A stretch of 63,873 bases of DNA, the filler included, from Octopus bimaculoides (Eukaryota), in NCBI RefSeq assembly GCF_001194135.2. It is 4 parts of 3 records of this genome, joined end to end, with 100 filler letters (N's around TTAATTAATTAA, not from the genome) between each part and the next. Parts side by side here need not be neighbours in the genome. Positions count along the whole stretch, not along the records: positions 14,961 to 32,570 come from NC_068985.1; positions 32,671 to 62,306 come from NC_068982.1; 2 more parts are not named here. One strand, 5' to 3'. A model generated the notes under the pieces. That model did not search any database, was not told the origin of the DNA, and saw nothing but the letters and a program-made list of their open reading frames with translations. Both the position numbers and the translations under genes were made by a program. Shown piece after piece: positions 24,600 to 36,564 of the stretch; position 1 is the first letter of the stretch; each line of letters starts with the position of its first letter.

Positions 24600-25700
24600 T
24601 AATGACAATAAGCTACTTGATGTAGATGTGAGCTCAGATGTTGGGACTGAGATTTGTAGGTTTGTGGGATTATACAATTAGGTCCTTTTCAGAAGATATT
24701 CAAAATAACAAGATTTGGTTATTATGGAGATAATGGCCTGTTAATTTCCTCTCATATGACCTACCATCAGGTAGATGCATTTAAGAACTTATTAATACAT
24801 TAAAATTATTTGGTTTTAGAATTACATTTACTACCAACGTTTTTCAGTGGATATTACATTAGATCTTAAAACTGAAGAATATACTCTGTTTCAAGATCTA
24901 ATGGTATGTATTTATAAGTCTTCCAGTCATCACTTTCACATCTTGAAGAATCTTGTAAATAACATGAGTTGGTGCATCTCAAGTTTATTATTAGACGAGG
25001 GAATTTTTTATTGAGTGCACCATGTTATAATGCCTTGGAAAAAAGTAGTTTCTCAGTTAAAATACAACATGCACCTATCAGTTATATTAAAAAACACACT
25101 AAAAGAGCCATGTAAACACAATGTAATTCGATTTAACTCCATTCCAGCTAAGAGATAATATTTTAAAAACTTTCATAAATCTGACACAGAAACATTTCTC
25201 TATAAGTCATAGGTACCTTAGAATTTTTGTCTGTACTGGCAAATAAATTCTAGCATTAACAAGGAATCTACAAAAACTACATAACACTATCTTTACAGAA
25301 TGAGTGTGTGAAGATTAGCTTCTGTCCATTTAATGACAAATGCCTTAGCAAAGTAATTATACACTGCATCATAATGAAAGTGACAGATTGCAAAGAAGTT
25401 TATTTAGCCTTAAATGAAAAAAACTTCAGGACTCATAGCATATATATTTTTGTGGGGTGCCCAGAGAAAAGAAATAGTGTCATTCTCTTGCAACATGTTC
25501 AGCATCTAAAAAATAAAAGATCTTACAAAATGATACCAGTGATAAAATTACACCATATTGTGGAGGATTTCGGTTGTGTTATCAATGAATCAACAAAAAA
25601 CTGTTCCTTTTTACCATCTTATCAACTTGTTGAGCTCAAAGAAGGAACTGGTTTCAAAATGTCATCGCCAAAATAAATGTATTTTATGAAACTTTATTCT
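24600..25700 (+). mobile_element. Penelope-like element relic (RT C-half plus GIY-YIG)
   Basis: LDVDVSSDVGTEICRFVGLY (cf. FDVTMGSYDGAEVCELVGLY), GYYGDNGL (YxDD site), VDITLDL, CPFNDKCL...VYLALNEKNF, KKELVSKCHRQNK. Confidence 0.82.
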
Positions 25701-28700
25701 TACTGGCTGAATATACTGAAACCTAAGTTATGAAATTCTTCAATCTTTTCAAAATTTCTTGAAATTCTTTGGTACTTTTGGAAACTTTTGGATTTGGAGT
25801 AAAAGGTTTCTTTGTAGATAAACACAGTTCCAAAGTATTAGATATAAGAATGTAAAGTTTTAATGACCTGTCACATCAAATGTAGTATGATTTGTCTTAA
25901 TAACATACAAAAATGACATGTTTTTATCAACTGAATATTCAAACATCTACTTCACTCTACTTGATTTTATTTTAATTGAATTTTGTCTCATTTTATTACA
26001 AACACTTTCATTTTCATGTGAGTTTATTATTTTAATTTATTTTTCTGATGTATTTATTGATCAACATGACTGTTTTACTGAAATGTTCTCACCACTTGTC
26101 TGAGTTCTTATTCTTAGCCTTTATTTTTCAATAATTTACGTTCTCCTCTTCCTCTCTCTCTCTCTCTCTTTCCCTCTCTTTCATCATATGCCTACTTACA
26201 TAAGTTGCTATGTTATCCTCTGTCACAATACTCACTTTCTGCGATATCACTCACTTATAAACATATAGTATCTTCCTAGTAACTTACACTGTCCCATTAC
26301 ATATATTACTGTTCTGTTTCAGTTCTCTCTCTTCTTTCAATTCTCTTCCTCCCTATCTGTTTCAAGTCAATTTTTATTATCTTACACTTTTGTATTTCCT
26401 CTCAAATTTTTCTTTTCTTATGTTTTTTACTTTCCTCTCTATCTCTTAAAGCATCTGGGTATTTCACATACTTCACTTTGCCCATTTTTTTCCATTCTGT
26501 TTCTTTATGATCTCTCATTCAGCTTTTATTTTTATCCTTTGCATAAGTCTAATATTATTTTCTTCGGTTTTTGTTTTTATTGTATTTAAATGGTAAAAAT
26601 GAAATTTTACGAACCACAGTTTGACCAAATTTTTGTATTTGTGCCAACTTGGAAAATTAAAAAAGAAAAAAAGATGGTATGTTGTTTTCAATAAGTGGCN
26701 NNNNNNNNNATGTTGTGTCTACTAAAACCTAATTGTTCTCAAAACGAAATTCAGCGAAATACCAAAATGTATGCGGGCAAGACAGTGAAAATTAAAGAAA
26801 TAAAACATTATTACCCACGGAAATCTCTCTGATTCTTTAAATGTGCTAGCTTCCTGGTAATAAATCGATATTAATTAATATATTATTTTTTACCCTATGT
26901 TTTAATTTTATATATATATGTTCATGTGTATCAACCTAACACACATATATATGTTTATTAAATAGTAGATGATATGACCCTGTAACCATGCAACTTGATT
27001 TATGTGATCAACATATGCTCTTGGCTCATTTGGCAGTTGACATCTCCATATGTACATTCACAGTGTCATCTTAGAGGGAGAGTCAACATTCGCTTTTTAC
27101 TGTGAGCAAATAATTCAAAATTTATGAAGATTTCCTTCACAGTCTTTCTTGTAAATTCAGCTTTCAATGACTTCAAAGGTTAATGTTATTTAGTGACGGA
27201 TTTTCAAACTAATTTCGTATTGTTTACTATGGAAAAACATGTATAGTTATTTGGCAAGAAAAATGTATATAATTATTTAAGCTTATGTAGGTTTACATTT
27301 GTAATATTGTAAGTAATATTTTGATATTTACAGTCATCATAAGAACATGTAAATTTGTAAGCTACATTACCTAGTTTAGTAAGAGATTGCATCTATCATA
27401 AATCATGTCACAAAAAATTAGTAATCTCTCACAGTCCTTTCTAAAATATCTAAATAATATACAAATTTTTAGGAAAATGTTTGAAAGTTTTTGTTGTGAT
27501 ATATCTATAGTACCAGTTGAGAACTGGGGTTGATGTAATCAACTAGCACCCTCTCTCAAAATTTCAGGCCCATGTATCTATAGCAGAAAGAATTCAACTC
27601 TCAATCTTTTTGCCATTCAAGGCCTCTTTACAGAAAGTAATGAGTTATCATGGCTTTCTCATGTAGCTTTTACTAATGATGCAGGACTCTTAATAGAGCT
27701 CACCATATAAACAACTCTATCAGTACAAATTAACATGTTCATAAATATTTTGTATTTTATAAATCTGGGTATGTGTGTATTTGAAAATACCTCACAGAGT
27801 GATGACCACACCCTGTATAGTTATGGGCTGCCCTTTTACAAGGCATAGCACCTGTTCAGTCACCTTGCCAGGGATTCAGAGAAGTCATGGGAATGCAGCT
27901 TGAACGAATTGTGAAGAGATAGTGGGAGAGCTCAACTGAGCCAACGGTGCTTTCTTACATTGATACTGAATGGAGGAGTGGAGGAGTCCGAGATCAACAG
28001 TCAGGCTCAATCAAGAGAGTAACTACAAAGCATCCATAGGGGTGATGTCTATGGTTATGTAATCAGTTAACAAAAGATTCACTATGACTCATACTCCCAA
28101 TTCAAAATCATAATAATGGAATTGGATGGTGACAGTGAGTCATGGGAATCAACAAAAACAGTAAAAGAAAAAAAAAATTATAAGTATTTCAAGAGTACAA
28201 AGTTTTTCTTTGAGGTATTTTCAGAACTATACTGCAATCCTTAAAATGAGTAGAAACCACTGGCATATGAAAGCTACAGCAATCTGAATTAACAGAAAAC
28301 AACTAAGAATATTTGATATTTCTGCTTAAACAAGTCTCAGTTATCAACTGCAGTTTGATTAAGCATTAATTATAAGCAATACCAAAGTCAATCTGACATG
28401 CAGAGAAGTCAAAGAATGACAAAATTATCTGGCAGAGTGTGGCATTCAATTCAACCAATAGAAATTATTATGTAATCATGAGAAGCCTATTTAGAGTTAG
28501 TCTAGATGTTGATAATAGATAACATAAATAAATATCTCTAAAAGCATCTTTTGAAGGATCAAATGAGAGTTTGTAGAATGTGAATAAGTTTGATTACTAT
28601 GAGATCAAGTATTGAGGTATTCATTTATAACTTTGAACTGATGAGACATAACTCTACTCTGGACAGGACAGCTGTCTGTTTGCAAGTGACATTTCTACAA

Positions 28701-28921
28701 TATATGATTGCTGTTACTTCTATGCGAAGCAAAGTATATACAAGTATGCATTGTGGTTGTTAATTCGTGATTGAAAGACTTTAATGAGGACGGCATATCT
28801 TTTAACAAATGAGTCTTTCATATGTTCTTTAATTTGTTGCTGTTGTTTATACCAAAATCAACCCAGAAGTTGTTGAAAGTTCTTTCAACAGTTTTGGTGC
28901 TCTGCAAGTGGATTATATATA

Positions 28922-28983
<62 letters not shown>

Positions 28984-29289
28984 CTGAAACTCCTGACACT
29001 TGGCTGACTTGGCTTCATGCTCTTGCTTGATGGTGCTGGGGTCATTTGATGTTAGTGGTCCCAGAGGTGTCATCAGGTGTAGAGCTGACCAGGTCCACCA
29101 GCGATCTTCACAAGTAATGGAGAGCATTGGTGGACCCAGCTAGCTCTATGCATGATGGTACCCCCTGACATGCATATGTATGTATATATCATATATATAT
29201 ATATATGTACATATATATATATATATAATTTGTGCACACATACACACACATGTGCACACGTGCACACACACACACACACACATATGCGC

Positions 29290-29410
29290 ATGTCAGTGTG
29301 ATTAAGAAGTTCACTAGTCAACGACATGACTTCAGGTTCAGTCCTATTTTGCATGTCTTGAGCAAATGTCTTCTACCAAAGCCCTGTGAATGAATTGAGT
29401 AGAAAGAAAC
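29290..29410 (+). mobile_element. SINE family C, degenerate head
   Basis: GTGTGATTAAGAAGTT...CAGGTTCAGTCC...TTGAGCAAATGTCTTCTACCAAAGCC. Confidence 0.65.
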
Positions 29411-29484
29411 AGCAAGGCCTCTTGATGTCTTGACATGCTCTGCACCCATAAACAAAATGCTAATCCACTCACTGCTAATTGTTT

Positions 29485-30376
29485 CCTGCTCTCTGGGAAG
29501 AAGATCTGTAGAGCTTGACGAGGATGTCCTGCAAACCCTGGTGGAATAAAATCTCTTCATAACTGTTGAGGAAATAACAGAGAAGCTTGGATTTGGTCAT
29601 TCATCGACACCTGTGTGTCATTGGAAAAGTCAGCAAATTGGGTCAGTGGGTTCCTCACAAACTTTCTGAGTCTACTTGTGCACAGAGAGTGAATGTGTGC
29701 TCTTCTTTGCTGTCATGTCTCACGAATGGACCTCTTTTGGACTGAATAGTGACTGGTGACAAGAAATGGGTTCTCTATAAAAATGTCAAGTGTCGAAGGG
29801 ATTGGGTCAGGAAAGGAGAAACATCAGCACCCCAGACTAAAGGTCTTCATATCCCACCATGTTTGGTGGGACATAAAAGGTTTAGTCTACTTCGAAATTT
29901 TAAACCCAAACCAAATGATAACAATGGAGATCTACTGTGAGCAGCTTGAGTGGCTTAAGTCAGCATTAGAAGAAAAACGACCATCTTTGGTTTCAAGACA
30001 AAAGGTGTTCTTCCATCAGGATAATGCTCAGCCACATACAGCAAGGATGACATTCCATAGGCCAGAGCAGTTTGAATGGGAAATGATTCCTCACCCACCG
30101 GACATTGGCCCACCTGATTATCATTTATTCCAGTCTTCAAAATCATTTGAACAGGAAAAATATGAATTCTGTAGAGGTCAGAACAGGAGGAGTATTTTTC
30201 ATCATAGACAAGTGAATTTTGGAAGAGGGGCCTTGCAAGTCTACCAGATAGATGGAAGAGCATGGTAGAAAATTAAGGAGAATATATTTTAGATTAAAAA
30301 AGAACTTTGTTTATCTTGATTTTGAAAAATAAGAGCCATATAAAAAAAAACCCACATTATTTATGGGACGACCCAA
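29485..30376 (+). mobile_element. mariner (DD34D-type) transposon relic, 5' truncated
   Basis: WVPHKLSE, IVTGDKKWVLY, HQDNAQPH, PPDYHLF; right end ATTTATGGGACGACCCAA|TA. Confidence 0.88.
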
Positions 30377-31200
30377 TACATATATGTGTTTTTTGCATAT
30401 ATATCTAATATAATAAATGCGGAAACTAATTTCTGTGCATCACTATTCAATGACATTTCTACTATTTTCCATGCTGGGTGAAAGTAATAGTAGGCATAAA
30501 GACGGTGAGGGTGGTGGCGAAGACAGATAGATAGAGAGAGAGAGAGAGAGGGAGAGAAAGAGAGACAAAGAAATTTAGGGAGAGTTGCTAATGTTTTATT
30601 AAAAGTAGTAGTATTGATGGTGGCAGTGGGAATAATAATAAGAGAGAGAGAAAGAGTGTGTATGTGACAGAAAGAGGGACTGAACACTGGACCAACATGC
30701 TGAACTAACATACTGAACACTGATGGTAATGGGGTGATAGTAATAGTATGAGCTGTAGTTGTGACAGAGGTGGAGGCGGCATTTATGGTGGTGGTAGTTG
30801 ATGCAGTCAGGGATGACAGTGAGAGCAAGTGATGTGAAAGACAGAGGTGATGGTGGTGGAGGGGAAGGTGGCGAAGTCAAAAGTATTGATGGTGGTGATG
30901 TCAGAAGTCTGAATGATGTATGTGGCAGATGTGGTAGCGATGGTGGTGGTACTGTTTCTTATCATGCAGCTTTGCAATAAGTTCCATGTCGACAAATTAT
31001 GTCATTGAAATGGTATATATATATATATATATATTAAATAAATAGAGAGATAGATAGATAGGTAGACAGATAGATAGATATGTNNNNNNNNNNNNNNNNN
31101 NNNNNNNNNNNNNNNNNNNNNNNNNNNNNNNNNNNNNNNNNNNNNNNNNNNNNNNNNNNNNNNNNNNNNNNNNNNNNNNNNNNNNNNNNNNNNNNNNNNN

Positions 31201-31267
<67 letters not shown>

Positions 31268-31292
31268 ATATGTATATATATATATATATATA

Positions 31293-32565
31293 TGAAGTGC
31301 ATTCAAAAAGTATCTGACCTTTGGGTATAAAAAACAATTTTGTACATTTCACAAATTTTATTTAATCACTTTCTTAGGCACTCACAAACTTCTCCCAGCA
31401 GTTCTGCCACTTCTGATGACACCTCTGGAACACCTTTTCTGGAATGATATGGAGCTCCGCTGTCGCTTTTCTAATAATTTCGTCGTGTAACTCAAATAAC
31501 TTCCTTTACAGTGTGGTTTTGGTGAAAAGTCAGAAGTCACATGGAGCCAAGCCAAGAGAGCAAGGATCCTGTCTAACAAGTGGTGTGTTGCTCTTGAACA
31601 GTAAAGCTTGGATTATGTGGGCATAATGAGCAGGCACATTGTTGTGGTGAAGTTGTCAATTCTTCACTGCCCACATGTCCAGCCACTTTTGATGCACAGC
31701 ATCAAGAAGACAATGTATTACCTCCAGGTAGTATTTTTTATTGATTGTTTGGACTTCTGGTGCATATTCATGATGCACAATACCAAATGAGTCAAAGAAA
31801 CAGGTCAACATTGCTGCAAATCTGCTATGCTCTTTTGGGCCTTGGTGATGATGAACACTTCCATTGGGAAGACTGTAACATGGTTTCTGGGTTGTAACCA
31901 TAAATCCATACCTCATCACCAGTAATGATGGTTTTCATGAAATCTGGATTGTGGTTTGCAGAGTTCAGCATGTCTTGAGCAATGTCCATGCAGAGTTGCT
32001 TCTGCTGCTCTGCCAGCACTTTGGGAATGTATTTTGCCTGCACTCTCAACATGCACAAATCTTCCAATAAATTGGTATGCAATGACCTGTACTTATTCCC
32101 AGTTTGTGAGCAATTTCCTGAACTCTTACATAGCAGTCTTCCATTACTATTTGCCACACCATCTCAACTGGTTTCTACTTTTAGCTTGTGGATAGATTGC
32201 CAGAGTATGCCTCACTCCCCACTGAGGTGTGGCCATGTTTGAAGCAGTTTTATAACTCATTGATCTGAGTTTTGCCCATAGCATCACTGCTAAAGGCCTG
32301 CTGAATCTGCTGGATGGTTTGAGCTTGAGTATCACCAAGAATTCAGCAAAATTTGCGTTCTGTCATCTTGCATTTAAATGAAAATACAACGATATACACT
32401 ATATGTCTGTACTCTAGATATAACAAGAGGGAACTGATGTGGCCTACCAGTGCAAAAAATTACCGCATGTGCAGGAGAGGTGATATCACCTCTCACCTGA
32501 AGGATTTTGTCAGACTATTATTTGGGTGGGAAAAGTAAAGTCAGATACTTTTTGAATGCACCTTG
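31293..32565 (-). mobile_element. Full-length mariner fossil (~1.27 kb) with both TIRs
   Basis: TIRs (T)GAAGTGCATTCAAAAAGTATCTGAC / GTCAGATACTTTTTGAATGCACCTTG with TA flanks; IITGDEVWIYGYNPET, QSSQW...PRPK; many stops and frameshifts. Confidence 0.92.
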
Positions 32566-32690
32566 TATATNNNNNNNNNNNNNNNNNNNNNNNNNNNNNN
32601 NNNNNNNNNNNNNNTTAATTAATTAANNNNNNNNNNNNNNNNNNNNNNNNNNNNNNNNNNNNNNNNNNNNAATACTTCATTTAGAGAATT

Positions 32691-32769
<79 letters not shown>

Positions 32770-32932
32770 TTTTTTCTCCTTGTTTCCCTCCTTATTTCTT
32801 TCTGTGTTCCTTTCAGTTGAAGAGCGTAGCTCGAAACGTCAAAGACTTTCTCTATTCCCGAGCGCTAAACTAATACATCCATTTGTTGTTTACACCACCT
32901 GTCTTCGTGTGTTGTTTTTTTCGTAAATTCTC

Positions 32933-32935
<3 letters not shown>
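32770..32935 (+). repeat. Variant-core hammerhead repeat (copy 2 of 3)
   Basis: CTTT-CAGTTGA-A-GAGC(GTA)GCTC-GAAAC-GTC-AAAG at 32810-32844. Confidence 0.75.
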
Positions 32936-32973
<38 letters not shown>

Positions 32974-33021
32974 TACCCATACATAAGCACATATTGCATT
33001 CAAAGCAACAAACATTTAAGC

Positions 33022-33300
33022 CAGTGGTTCTCAACTATTTTTTTTTATCTAGGGTTACTATTTTATTCTGGTGGACCTCTAGAACTATTCCATGTTTATA
33101 AACTAGTTTTATAGACACTTCTTTCATAATCCCTGTTTTGTTTTTGACAGATTACCTTGTGTAGGTTGAACTATGCAAAGTAGTTGAAAAAGAAATATAG
33201 CTGTTTCTTGCAATAAAGCGATCTAAATCGAACCTTTTTCGTGGATCCATAAAATACTACTGTGGATCCCAAATTTACTATTATGCTTGTGTGGACGCCA
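33022..33300 (+). mobile_element. hAT/Charlie-like MITE 5' part
   Basis: CAGTGGTTCTCAAC TIR-like start and GTGGACC/GTGGATCC sub-repeats; right TIR not found. Confidence 0.5.
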
Positions 33301-33797
33301 TAAAATTAAAGATGGCTCGTCAGGTGTCGCATGGAGCTCGGTTCAGAACCAGTACTTTAGGCCATATCCCTTTCAAATATTCCCCCACAACGTATGAATT
33401 TCCAAATCTTCCAAATCAATCTTCTACTTTGATCATACGTAGTTTTATTCATTCAGTCTTATTAGTCACTGTATACGGCCAAAACAATTTTCTTCTTGTG
33501 AAAACACAATTATATTTTGACCTGTAAAAACGGGTACAAAAGTATTCAAGTATTACAAACATTCATATGCATATGTGAAAGCATGCACCGAAAGACGTTG
33601 ATTCATATAATGGTGCCGGTAGCATGAAGGAAATAAAACAGAATGGTAAAACTTGTACGGAGAAAGGTTGGCAGGGTAAGAGAGTGTAAAGAGAAAAATA
33701 TAATTGAGAAAAGAACATTAATTGAAATAAAGGCACCGAGTGTGATGCAAATTAAAGAGAAAGAGAAAGAATGAATGAGATGAAAGAGCGAGAGAGG

Positions 33798-33848
<51 letters not shown>

Positions 33849-34703
33849 AGAGAGAGAGTCTGTGTGTGAGGGGAGGGAAGGAGACAGAGGATGAGAATTA
33901 GGACTGGAGAAAAAGATTGTATATGTATCTATGTATCCATTTATGAATGTATATATGCATTCGTACACACATCTATTTATCAATCTATCCTTCTCTGGCT
34001 ATCAATCACCCTATTTGTTGCTCATCTGTACACACACACACACACACACACACATGTATATATACATGTGCATGTGCGTAGTGAATGAGTATGTGCGTGA
34101 GGTAGCGAGAGTTGTGATAATATTAAGAGGAAGTAATGATTTTGGCCATTTTGGAAATCTTCAACCCCCAACTCAAGATTGGAGGAATAAGACATGAAAA
34201 ATGAAAGTTATAGTTGGAGGAAAAAGAAGAAGCAAATAGCGAGTGGTTTAAAGTACGGCTAATGAATAAGTGGAAGTGAACACAATAGAGAATAGAGAAG
34301 AGGGTGAAGGAAAAGGAGGTGAAGATACAGAGAAGACAGAGATGGCCGTCGTGGGTAAAAAAAGATGATTATTGAAGTAATATTAAGAGACGTAACTTAT
34401 AGGCGAACGAAAAATTCGTTGCTATAGCAAATATTGAGAAAATAAAGGAACCGTGGAATTGAAAATGCGGACAGGAAATTAGAGAGAATTAGAAATGCTG
34501 AAAAAACAATAATGAAAAGTTGAAGCGAAATATTACTTGTCTTGTTTTCCGTTTGTTTGTTTCGTTGTTCTCAAAAAAAGGTTCGTATTCCATGTTTTCG
34601 TATTTCGTATTTCATGTTGTTTACGTTTTATGACGTCCTGTAACCATATATGCATATGTATATACATATATATGTAAGTATGTACATATATGTATGTATA
34701 TAT

Positions 34704-34754
<51 letters not shown>

Positions 34755-34858
34755 TATATATATACACACACACATATATTATTTATATTATATGATATTG
34801 AACACCACGCATCCATTTCCAAGTAAGTATATATATGTATATATCTATATATATGTTT

Positions 34859-34974
34859 ATTGTGCATCTAACTGTGTTGCATCAATATGTACACTTTGTG
34901 TTACATCAAGTACATGCATTTACCTGATGTGATACAAACTGCACAGATTGATGTGACACAATTAAATGCACAAT
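34859..34974. repeat. Imperfect inverted repeat, 54-bp arms with an 8-nt loop
   Basis: 44 of 54 positions match by manual alignment. Confidence 0.8.
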
Positions 34975-34991
34975 ACCCTGCCTATAACATA

Positions 34992-35029
34992 CAGTTGCAA
35001 GATCGGCCGAAACGATCGTCGTACAACTG
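34992..35029 (+). ncRNA. Internally deleted hammerhead relic
   Basis: CAGTTG-CAAGA-TCGGCC-GAAAC-GATC-GTC-GTA-CAACTG; palindromic ACGATCGT stem III and GUC present, CUGA lost. Confidence 0.45.
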
Positions 35030-35149
35030 CTAGATCTATCTTCCGTTTCCTTCATCACTTATCTCAACTAAGACTACAAAATTCCTGATCTAGATTCAGA
35101 AGAAATACATCTCAACCGTGGATGACACCATGTAGCCCAAACTGTGAAT

Positions 35150-36161
35150 GCGCTTTACTTAACACACTAATTGACTGATACCCATTAGTCCCAAAAAGTA
35201 CATACATTTTCCTTTGTTCTGACGTTTTGTCATCTTCGTTCTACATTGTGTCTTTATATTCCTGTATTTTTACAACAAAAGCTCTCCACTTTTTTAAATG
35301 GATAATCTTTCCTCAGGTGTATACCTCCACATGACTATTCCGACTATTTCGTACTTGATTTATTTGGAAACAATCTTTACGTTCAATTTCCTCAGTATCG
35401 TGTCTTAATTTGACTATCTTTCCACATTCTTCTGGCACTTGCTGTAGGGTTACATCCTGGTTTTGTTTCAGCTTTGGGAGAATTCTAGTTCTAACTTCTG
35501 CGTCCTTTTCGGCAGAAAGTTCCTGTGTAAAAATCAGGCATTTAAACATATGTGGTGTTAATTCGTCCAGCTTAAATTTCTCGCATTCCCTGTTAACTCT
35601 ACCAGTATATGTGATGTAATCATCGTCGGTGTTTTTCTCTATGTTCAGACACTTCCAAAGTGTGTTGAACTATGAGCTTTTTTTACTGAAAATTTTACAC
35701 AATATATCTATTGTGTCATTAAAGCTTTTGTCCAAATGTTTTCTTGGGAGTACATAATCACTGCATCGTTCATGTTCAGTTGCCACCAGTTTTCTCAAGA
35801 TTAAGCACATTTTCATCTCGTCATCCCAATCTTTACATTCTTTATCAAAGATTTGCTCACATCTCCTGTAGCATTTTTGGAAGGTAACTTCTTCGTCAGG
35901 TTCGTATTTGAACTCTGTTGTGGAGTTCGCGACATAGTCTGTCGAGAACACTTTTTCTGACTTTCCTGACTTTAGTAATTGCAGCATATGTTGCTGTAAT
36001 ATTATTTGTTGTTGTTGTTACTTCTGTTGTTGCTCTTGCAGTTGTATCTGCTACTGATGTTGTTGTTGGTGTTGTTGTTGCTTCAGCTGCAGCTGTTGTT
36101 CTTTCAGTTTCTGTTGTTGCTGTTTTTGCAACTCGAACAAACCGGCCAACAAATATTCCAT
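35150..36161 (-). pseudogene. Gypsy (Mag / K02A2.6-like) gag with decayed zinc knuckle and start of protease
   Basis: MEYLL-polyQ-...FKYEPDEEVTFQKCYRRCEQIF...LILRKL...YVLPRK...FNDTIDILCKIF...FKCLIFTQEL...EVRTRIL; in-frame stops; truncated before RT. Confidence 0.85.
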
Positions 36162-36257
36162 GATTTTACGATTTCTTTCGTAAAATTCGCACAACAAAAC
36201 TTTGTGAGTCTATTAACTCCTCTTCGAATTTCTTTTGACTCCACGTGAATTGGTCTG

Positions 36258-36269
36258 TCCTCGTCGCCA
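36258..36269 (-). promoter_or_regulatory. Primer-binding site TGGCGACGAGGA (complementary to tRNA-Ser(GCT) 3' end)
   Basis: 12-nt match to the 3' end ...UCCUCGUCGCCA of eukaryotic tRNA-Ser(GCU); lies 1 nt after an LTR-like ...ATAACA end at 36271 and upstream of gag. Confidence 0.85.
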
Positions 36270-36270
36270 C

Positions 36271-36560
36271 TGTTATGTCCTTAAAATGTTGGATTGTTAT
36301 AACGCCCACTTCGGTATACAGTATACTTAGTAAAACCAGTAAAGACACAACAATCTCTGACAGCCAACTACGTACTAATTCTTTTATCAAGCACTCAGGC
36401 TCTTACACTGAGGGAACAGCATAAGGACAGACAGAACACCACAGTGGGGACAAAATGCATAAAACGAATGAAAAATGAGAAAAACGTTATATAAAAATGA
36501 AGGATGAAATGACTGCATGAGCCTCACTCTCATGCAGTACTATTTGAACGTTTTTACTCA
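36271..36560 (-). repeat. LTR-like terminal repeat, copy 1
   Basis: Ends ...ACA before the PBS; 36360-36560 aligns to 38241-38420 (CACAGTGGGGACA motif, CTGCATGAG hairpin, ATAAAG, AGTACGTAGTNGGCTGT). Confidence 0.65.
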
Positions 36561-36564
36561 TAGT

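Noticed and set aside
28630-28680. CTGATGA...ACAGCTGTC hammerhead-like text
   Set aside because: GAAA is absent and neither stem I nor stem II pairs.
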